Position numbers and translations under genes: made by a program. Below, one piece after another: positions 57,941 to 64,000 of a DNA stretch of 64,000 nt; position 1 is the stretch's first letter; each line of letters begins with the position of its first letter. The notes under the pieces are model-generated. The model was not told the DNA's origin. It saw only the letters and a list, made by a program, of their open reading frames with translations, and made no database searches. Origin of the DNA: an uncultured Gemmatimonadales bacterium (GTDB taxonomy: Bacteria; Gemmatimonadota; Gemmatimonadetes; Gemmatimonadales; Gemmatimonadaceae); contig CAWBZV010000005.1 of the NCBI GenBank assembly GCA_963793305.1, positions 1-64,000 on the forward strand, given 5' to 3'.

Positions 57941-59014
57941 GTGTCGGACACCCGCACCACACTCCCTGAACGCAACCTTGACGTGTTGCGCGCATTGGCT
58001 GTGTCCAGCGTGCTCGCGGACCACCTGTACATGTCGATATCGGGCGGGCGGTTCATGTGGCTCGCCTACTGGCTCGGACAGGCCGGTGTGCTGGCGTTCT
58101 TCGTTCACACCTCGCTCGTGTTGATGTCGTCTATCGAGCGATTGGGCGGCGCCAGGGGATGGGTCGGTCGGTTCTACGTTCGCCGTGCGTTCCGCATCTA
58201 TCCGCTCGCGATCGCCGCGATCCTGTTCGTGCTCGTCCTGCGCATCGGCTCCGAAGTCCCCGTGGCGCAGAAAACCCAACCATTCGTCGCGCCAGGCGCC
58301 ATCGGGGTACTCTCGAACCTGTTGCTCGTGCAAAATCTCACGGGTAGCTGGAACATCATTCGAGTCCTGTGGTCGCTGCCGATCGAAGTGCAGATGTACG
58401 TGGTGTTGCCGCTCTGCTATGTCGTCGCCCGGTATCGCCCCCGTCTCCTGCCACTGCTCTTCGCGCTCGGCATCGCCGGCGCGTATCTCCGCAGCGCTGA
58501 CATCGTGCGAGGGCTCTGGCGATTCGACACGCTGTTCTTCGTTCCGTGCTTTCTCTCGGGCGTCCTGGCCTACGCGATCCTGCGCCGCCAACGTCCGGGC
58601 CGGCGCCTGCCGAGCGCGGTCTGGCTGGTGTTGCTTCCGCTGCTCTTTGCCGGCTGCGCGATCCTGTTCGTGCCGCACGCCTCGTCGATCGTGTGGGACG
58701 ATCACAAGTGGATGCAGTGGGGGTACTGTCTCCTCATCGGCCTGATGGTGCCGGCAGTCGCCGAGCTGCGCGAGAGTCCGCTCACGCGCGCCGCGCATAC
58801 GGTCGCGAAGTACAGTTACGGCGTCTATCTCCTGCACACGCCGGTATTGTGGTTGACGTTCGCCTACTTCAAACCGGCAGCCGCGCTGATCGTGATTCTG
58901 CCGGTCGTGGCCTATCATGCCATAGAAGAGCCCTGCATCAAACTCGGCGCGCGCATCAGTGCCCGGCAGGCGATGACACGTAACGCCCCAGATGCGCGAC
59001 CAGCCCCATTGTAG
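57941..59014 (+). CDS. Acyltransferase family 3 membrane protein
   Basis: LDVLRALAV..V...H, GV..FFV, FY.RR.FRIYP, WSL.IE.Q.Y, SYGVYL.H. Confidence 0.88.
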   Translation: MSDTRTTLPERNLDVLRALAVSSVLADHLYMSISGGRFMWLAYWLGQAGVLAFFVHTSLVLMSSIERLGGARGWVGRFYVRRAFRIYPLAIAAILFVLVLRIGSEVPVAQKTQPFVAPGAIGVLSNLLLVQNLTGSWNIIRVLWSLPIEVQMYVVLPLCYVVARYRPRLLPLLFALGIAGAYLRSADIVRGLWRFDTLFFVPCFLSGVLAYAILRRQRPGRRLPSAVWLVLLPLLFAGCAILFVPHASSIVWDDHKWMQWGYCLLIGLMVPAVAELRESPLTRAAHTVAKYSYGVYLLHTPVLWLTFAYFKPAAALIVILPVVAYHAIEEPCIKLGARISARQAMTRNAPDARPAPL

Positions 59015-59858
59015 GGGTCATCTGCGAGTATCCGGCGACCAACTGCTCCGCGTAGTGGGGCAAGCTCAGGTCGAACGCTCCGTGGGGATTGGCGCTGACG
59101 ATCAGCACATCGGCGCTGTCCATGGTCAGCCGCCCGAATCGGAGACGCCCACCGCGAACGTGCACGAACCCGGGATGCGTTGAGTCTGCCGCCGTGGACG
59201 AATCCCCAACGAACCGCTCAACGAGCTGGTTCCCTTCGATATGGATGTCCACCAGTCGCCCATCGATCGCTGGTGGCGGGAGCGATGCCGTCGCCTCGAT
59301 CAGGATGTCGTCTTGGTCGATCGTGATCCCTTTCGCATGCTTGACGTCAATCATGTCGTTCATATGCAGCCCCAGCGTGTGCATCAGCTTCTGATCGGTC
59401 ATCTTGGTCGGATGGACGCGAATGCGCCCGTCAGGGGTGACGCTCACGTCGGCGCGCATCCGAAAATTGATATCCACGATTTTGTGAAGCGTGCCGGTCT
59501 GAAGGAGACTCCCGCTGTCGATCACTACCCGGAGGTTCTTGAGCGGAGACCCAGGATAGGCGAAGACCACACCATTCAGGAACGACGTCAGGTCGTCGCC
59601 GGTCATCGCCACCGTACCCGACGTTACGCGAATGCGATACGACCGCGGATCATCGAGCGTGGCCGGCGCGGACGGGCTCGTCCGAGTCATCTCGCCGCGG
59701 AGCGCGCGCGCGTGAAACAAGATCGCATCGCTCAAGTGGAGATCGACGTTGCGAATGTCGATCGTTTGTTGCGGAACCCCTTGCGCTGAGCAAGGTGTCG
59801 TCGTTAGGATAGCGATGACAATCGAAGCTCGTGGCGAGTTACGGCGTATTGCGGCCAC
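58956..59858 (-). CDS. Hypothetical secreted protein (start uncertain)
   Basis: Long ORF with protein-like composition (RNVDLH...LRGEM...DD.RSY...VFAYPGSPLKNL); the candidate GTG start overlaps the riboswitch on the opposite strand. Confidence 0.6.
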   Translation of the reverse strand: MAAIRRNSPRASIVIAILTTTPCSAQGVPQQTIDIRNVDLHLSDAILFHARALRGEMTRTSPSAPATLDDPRSYRIRVTSGTVAMTGDDLTSFLNGVVFAYPGSPLKNLRVVIDSGSLLQTGTLHKIVDINFRMRADVSVTPDGRIRVHPTKMTDQKLMHTLGLHMNDMIDVKHAKGITIDQDDILIEATASLPPPAIDGRLVDIHIEGNQLVERFVGDSSTAADSTHPGFVHVRGGRLRFGRLTMDSADVLIVSANPHGAFDLSLPHYAEQLVAGYSQMTPTMGLVAHLGRYVSSPAGH

Positions 59859-59879
59859 GTTAAACAACCTGCTAAAAAG
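59830..59879 (+). ncRNA. SAM-II (SAM_alpha-like) riboswitch
   Basis: CGTGG-CGAGTT-ACGGCGTA-TTGC-GG-CCACG-TTAAA-CAACCT-GCTAAAAAG; same architecture as the metH leader element. Confidence 0.78.
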
Positions 59880-59885
59880 CCCCCG

Positions 59886-59922
59886 CGTCCCGCGGCCTTT
59901 TTGGCTCCGGGACGTTTGTGTT
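59886..59922 (+). terminator. Terminator-like hairpin of the riboswitch expression platform
   Basis: CGTCCCG(C)GGCC-TTTTT-GGCT(C)CGGGACG hairpin followed by TTTGTGTT. Confidence 0.6.
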
Positions 59923-59944
59923 GCCGGGGCGGGAGAACTGAAGG

Positions 59945-61207
59945 ATGACAGCATCAGTAACGTTTCCTTTCCCGGAAGTGGCGGCCGCATCGCTCGCTGC
60001 GCTTCCACAGGCGTGCGCACACTGCGGCGCGACGTTCGACCCGGCACCGATCGCGATCTGCGAGCACTGCTTGGGGCCACTCGAACCCGTGTACAACGCA
60101 CGGATCATTCCTGACCGTGCGATTATCGGCGCTCGCGAGCCATCGCTCTGGCGCTATCGCGAGTGGCTCCCGTTTACGGGTCAACCCACACGGTCGCTCG
60201 ACAGTGGCTGGACGCCGCTCGTGGAGGCCCCCGTGCTCGCTCGCGCGCTCAACGTCGAGCGGGCATGGATCAAGAACGACGCCGTCTCTCACCCGACGCT
60301 GTCCTTCAAAGACCGCGTGGTCGCCAGCGCGATCAACGCCGCTGCCGCGTTCGGCTTGGAGACGATCGGCTGTGCCTCCACGGGCAACCTCGCCAACGCG
60401 GTCGCGGCCCATGCGGCGCGAGCCGGCCTGACCGCTTGGATCTTCGTGCCCGAGGACCTGGAGGTTGGCAAGATCGTCGGCACGCTCGTCTATGGACCGC
60501 GATTGGTCCGTGTGAAAGGCACCTACGATGACGTCAATCGCCTCTGCGCTCAGGTCGCCGACAGGTTCGGTTGGGGCATCGTCAACGTGAACCTGCGCGG
60601 GTACTACGGCGAAGGGTCAAAGACCATGGCCTTCGAGATCATCGAGCAACTCGGTTGGCGCTCTCCGACCGCGGTCGTTGCGCCGATGGCCGGCGGGTCG
60701 CTCGTCACCAAGCTGCGCAAAGGCTTTCGCGAATTCTCAGCCGCCGGTCTCGTCAGCGGACCTGCCCCACGCCTCTACGGCGCCCAGGCGTCGGGTTGCG
60801 CGCCGATCGTCCGCTTGTTCGAATCAGGCGGCGAGACGCTCGTACCTGAAATCCCGAACACGATCGCGCGCTCGATCGCCATTGGAAACCCGGCCGACGG
60901 CCCTTCAGCCGTTCGCGCGATTCGCGAGACGGGGGGTTCGGCACGCGCAGTCAGCGACGACGCGATCGTGCGCGGCATTCGCGTGCTCGCCGAGACCACC
61001 GGCATTTTCACGGAGACCGCCGGCGGCGCCACCGTGGCCGCGGCGTTGGAGCTCGCCGAAGCTGGTCATTTCAAGCCCGACGACGAAGTCGTGCTGTGCA
61101 TCACCGGCAACGGACTCAAAACCATCGAAGCCATCCATGCCTCTCTACCCGCCGCGCCCGTCATCGCGCCCCGGCTGCGCGAGGTGACCGCCCTTGTCGA
61201 ACACTAG
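59945..61207 (+). CDS. thrC: Threonine-synthase-like PLP enzyme (candidate O-phosphohomoserine sulfhydrylase)
   Basis: N-terminal CAHC...CEHC, SLWRYREWLP, PTLSFKDR (PLP Lys), CASTGNLA, EGSKT, TGNGLKT. Confidence 0.8.
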   Translation: MTASVTFPFPEVAAASLAALPQACAHCGATFDPAPIAICEHCLGPLEPVYNARIIPDRAIIGAREPSLWRYREWLPFTGQPTRSLDSGWTPLVEAPVLARALNVERAWIKNDAVSHPTLSFKDRVVASAINAAAAFGLETIGCASTGNLANAVAAHAARAGLTAWIFVPEDLEVGKIVGTLVYGPRLVRVKGTYDDVNRLCAQVADRFGWGIVNVNLRGYYGEGSKTMAFEIIEQLGWRSPTAVVAPMAGGSLVTKLRKGFREFSAAGLVSGPAPRLYGAQASGCAPIVRLFESGGETLVPEIPNTIARSIAIGNPADGPSAVRAIRETGGSARAVSDDAIVRGIRVLAETTGIFTETAGGATVAAALELAEAGHFKPDDEVVLCITGNGLKTIEAIHASLPAAPVIAPRLREVTALVEH

Positions 61208-61220
61208 GAGAAAGCGACAC

Positions 61221-61496
61221 ATGCCTATCACAATCACCCTGCCCAACGTCCTCGCCAAGCTCGCGGACGGCCAGCGCACCATCACCGCCTACGGGACTAC
61301 GCTCGGCGGGGCAGTCGCCGACGCGTCGCGGCGATACCCCGCGCTCAAGCCCAGACTCACCGACGATGCGGGCAATCCGTATCCGTTTGTCACCTATTAT
61401 CTTAATGACGAGGATATTCGATTCTCTGGTGGCTTCGCCGCGGCGATTCGGGATGGAGATGAAGTGACCATCGTTCCGGCCGGGGCGGGAGGGTGA
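61221..61496 (+). CDS. MoaD/ThiS-family ubiquitin-like sulfur carrier protein
   Basis: 91 aa, YLNDEDIRF..G....DGDEVTIVPAGAGG with C-terminal GG; AGGAG RBS. Confidence 0.9.
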   Translation: MPITITLPNVLAKLADGQRTITAYGTTLGGAVADASRRYPALKPRLTDDAGNPYPFVTYYLNDEDIRFSGGFAAAIRDGDEVTIVPAGAGG

Positions 61497-62647
61497 TCAT
61501 GACTGCGACATACACTGAATTGCCAGAGCTGACGCGCGAAGAGCTGGCCCGCTACAGCCGACACCTCATCCTCCCGGACGTGGGTGTCGAAGGACAGAAG
61601 CGCCTCAAAGCCGCGCGGGTGTTGCTCGTTGGCGCGGGCGGCCTCGGATCCCCTCTCGCGCTGTATCTGAGTGCGGCGGGAGTGGGCACACTCGGCATTG
61701 TCGACTTCGACAAGGTCGACGTCACGAATCTGCAGCGCCAAGTCGTCCACGGGACCGCCGACGTTGGCCGCTCGAAGATCGACTCCGCGGCCGAGCGCAT
61801 CTACGATATCAATCCGTACGTCAACGTCGAGCGCTTCGAGACGCGGCTCACGAGTGACAACGCACTCGAGATCATTCGCGAGTTCGATATCGTAGTCGAC
61901 GGCACCGATAACTTCCCCACGCGCTATCTCGTCAACGACGCCTGCGTGATCCTCGGCAAGCCGAACGTCTACGGCAGCATCTTCCGCTTCGAGGGCCAGG
62001 CGTCGGTCCTCGCAACGCCCGATGGTCCCTGCTACCGCTGCTTGTTCCGTGAGCCACCACCTCCGGGCTTGGTGCCGAGTTGCGCCGAGGGCGGTGTGCT
62101 CGGCGTGCTGCCGGGGCTCGTGGGCACGATTCAGGCAACTGAAGCGATCAAGCTCATCCTCGGCATCGGCGAGCCGCTGATCGGACGCCTACTGTTAGTC
62201 GATGCGCTCACGGCCCAGTTCCGCACGGTGAAAATACGCCGTGATCCCACGTGCCCCGCGTGCGGGACACACGAGATCCAGGAGCTGATTGACTATGATG
62301 CGTTTTGCGGAGGCGCCGAACCAGTGACCGTAAAAGAAATCACGCCGCGTGAGCTCGCCCAAAAGCTCGCGCGTGGCGACGACTTCGATCTGATCGATGT
62401 GCGCGAGCCGTTCGAGTGGGAGATCGCGCATATCGAAGGCGCACGGCTCGTGCCCCTGAGCACGTTCCCGGGTGCAATCAAAGAGCTCGACGCATCGCGC
62501 GAGATCGTCGTGCAGTGCAAGGTCGGTGGTCGCAGCGCCCGCGCGGCGGACGCTCTCGTTGCGGCGGGGTTCCGCGACGTCACCAACCTGGCGGGCGGGA
62601 TCACGCGCTGGAGCGACGACGTTGACCCGACAATCCCGAAATACTAG
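61493..62647 (+). CDS. moeB: MoeB/ThiF adenylyltransferase - rhodanese fusion (MoeZ-type)
   Basis: RYSRH..L..VG..GQ..L, GAGGLG, SNLQRQ-like TNLQRQ, CYRC, C..GGVLG, C-terminal rhodanese (DVREP.E, CKVGGRS, LAGGI..W). Confidence 0.92.
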   Translation: MIMTATYTELPELTREELARYSRHLILPDVGVEGQKRLKAARVLLVGAGGLGSPLALYLSAAGVGTLGIVDFDKVDVTNLQRQVVHGTADVGRSKIDSAAERIYDINPYVNVERFETRLTSDNALEIIREFDIVVDGTDNFPTRYLVNDACVILGKPNVYGSIFRFEGQASVLATPDGPCYRCLFREPPPPGLVPSCAEGGVLGVLPGLVGTIQATEAIKLILGIGEPLIGRLLLVDALTAQFRTVKIRRDPTCPACGTHEIQELIDYDAFCGGAEPVTVKEITPRELAQKLARGDDFDLIDVREPFEWEIAHIEGARLVPLSTFPGAIKELDASREIVVQCKVGGRSARAADALVAAGFRDVTNLAGGITRWSDDVDPTIPKY

Positions 62648-62660
62648 AACAGCCCCTTGA

Positions 62661-64000
62661 CTAGAACTGGAAATACAAGAACGGTGACGAGCCGGATCCA
62701 GCCATAATCGCAATACACGCCCCAAATGCCGCCGCCAACGCGAACGCGTGGCGGCGGTTTGGCTGCCACTTGACGTCCATGTCGAACGCGTTCGGCCCCG
62801 CCATGCTCCATACGGCCGCGAAGCCCAGCAGCGCGACGGCGCCGACCGTGACGACGCCGCTCGAGCCCGACGAGTAGCTGAACATGCGACCGAGCATGAC
62901 GGCCGCCATGTGAAAATCGGTCGAGCGGAAAAAGACCCACCCGATCACCGCAAACAGGAACATGCTGGCGCGTCGCACGAGCGCCGGCGCGGCATCCCAT
63001 TGCTTGCTGAACAGCCGGTGGATGCAGAGCAGCACTCCGTGATATCCGCCCCAGAACACGAACGTCCAGTTCGCGCCGTGCCAGAGACCGCCGATGAGCA
63101 TCGTCAGCATCAAGTTCCGGTACGTTTTCCAGACGCCCTTTCGGTTGCCACCGAGGGGGATGTACAGGTAGTCCCTGAGGCAGCTGGAAAGCGAGATGTG
63201 CCACCGCTTCCAGAAGTCCGACGGGTCCAGCGACTTGTACGGCGAGTTGAAGTTCTGTGGGATTCGGATGCCAAAGAGGAACCCGAGCCCCACGGCCATC
63301 GTGCTGTACCCGTCGAAATCGAACAGCAGCTGGAACGTGTAGCCGAGCATGGCGACCCAGGCGTCGGCGGTGGTCAGGGTCGCGTAGTGCGCCAAGGCCG
63401 GATCAACGACCGCCGCCAAGCTATCGGCGACGAGGACCTTCATTACCAGACCGATGATGAAAAACCGAATGCCGCGCTCGAGCCACCGGTTGCGGTCGGC
63501 CGTTCCGAGGTTATCGAGATCGCTCTCGATCTGGCGGAACCGGACGATCGGGCCCGCGATCAGCTGTGAGAACAGCGAGACGTAGGCCGCGAATTCGAAG
63601 AAGTTGCGCGTCGGCTTGATCGTCTTCCGGTAGCTGTCGACGATATAGCTGATGGTGTGAAAAGTGTAGAACGAGATCCCGATCGGCAGCACGATGTCGA
63701 AGTGCGCGACCGCGATCGGGTGCCCGGTGAGCGCCGACAGGTCGCCGATCGAGCGCAACACGAAATTCGCGTACTTGAAGAATCCGAGCAGCAGGAGGTC
63801 GACGGTGACCGGCAGAACCAAGCAGAGTTTTCGCGCCCGGGCGTTGTCCGGGTACTTGAGGAATCCCAGGCCGGCTGTATAGCTGACCAGCGTCGAGAAC
63901 GCCATCAGCAGGCAGAACTTCGGGTTCCAGTAGCCGTAAAAGACGTACCCCGTGATCGCCAGCCAGATGTAGCGCTGCTGGGCGTTGCGGAGCAGCCAGA
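62661..64000 (-). CDS. MBOAT family O-acyltransferase (AlgI/PatA/DltB-like); 5' end outside window
   Basis: FFKY.NF, LPIGISFYTF, AGPI.R, NF..PY...DFW.RWHISLS..LRDYLYIPLGG, GLWHGA.WTF..WG. Confidence 0.93.
   Translation of the reverse strand, partial: WLLRNAQQRYIWLAITGYVFYGYWNPKFCLLMAFSTLVSYTAGLGFLKYPDNARARKLCLVLPVTVDLLLLGFFKYANFVLRSIGDLSALTGHPIAVAHFDIVLPIGISFYTFHTISYIVDSYRKTIKPTRNFFEFAAYVSLFSQLIAGPIVRFRQIESDLDNLGTADRNRWLERGIRFFIIGLVMKVLVADSLAAVVDPALAHYATLTTADAWVAMLGYTFQLLFDFDGYSTMAVGLGFLFGIRIPQNFNSPYKSLDPSDFWKRWHISLSSCLRDYLYIPLGGNRKGVWKTYRNLMLTMLIGGLWHGANWTFVFWGGYHGVLLCIHRLFSKQWDAAPALVRRASMFLFAVIGWVFFRSTDFHMAAVMLGRMFSYSSGSSGVVTVGAVALLGFAAVWSMAGPNAFDMDVKWQPNRRHAFALAAAFGACIAIMAGSGSSPFLYFQF

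Noticed and set aside
61221..62647. MoaD/MoeB pair as molybdopterin or thiamine synthesis, or a ubiquitin-like defence system
   Set aside because: No moaE, moaA, thiG, E2 or JAB partners in the operon; the SAM riboswitch and thrC-like neighbour favour sulfur amino-acid synthesis.

Overview
GC-rich bacterial chromosomal window; gene content suggests a Gemmatimonadota-like organism (inference). Left end: part of a MoxR/DUF4350/DUF4129 membrane cluster, acyl-CoA dehydrogenase, small CbiX-like chelatase, a GT4, a Uma2 nuclease and a metH + yitJ-type methionine operon. Middle (~12.8-57 kb): a large Wzx/Wzy-type exopolysaccharide locus with many glycosyltransferases, four deacetylase domains, several acyl/acetyl-transferases, FemAB, ATP-grasp, AsnB, two GT-C proteins, a polyprenyl-phosphate phosphoribosyltransferase, a priming transferase and a Wza-like protein. 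Right end: cysK, a thrC-like / MoaD-ThiS / MoeB-rhodanese operon and a partial MBOAT gene. Four riboswitches were recognised by eye. Two c-di-GMP-I (GEMM) aptamers each precede one of two paralogous surface lipoproteins (7 vs 1 Big_2 Ig repeats plus a shared lyase-like C-terminal domain); a REC + degenerate-GGDEF protein with an intact RxxD site flanks the same EPS locus. Two SAM-II-like aptamers, each with the same terminator/antiterminator design, lead metH-yitJ and the thrC-like/sulfur-carrier operon, pointing to sulfur-carrier-dependent homocysteine synthesis. Eight single-base frameshifts in seven otherwise intact genes are probably assembly errors. No tRNA, rRNA, CRISPR array or transposase was seen. 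All family assignments are by motif recognition; no database search was run.
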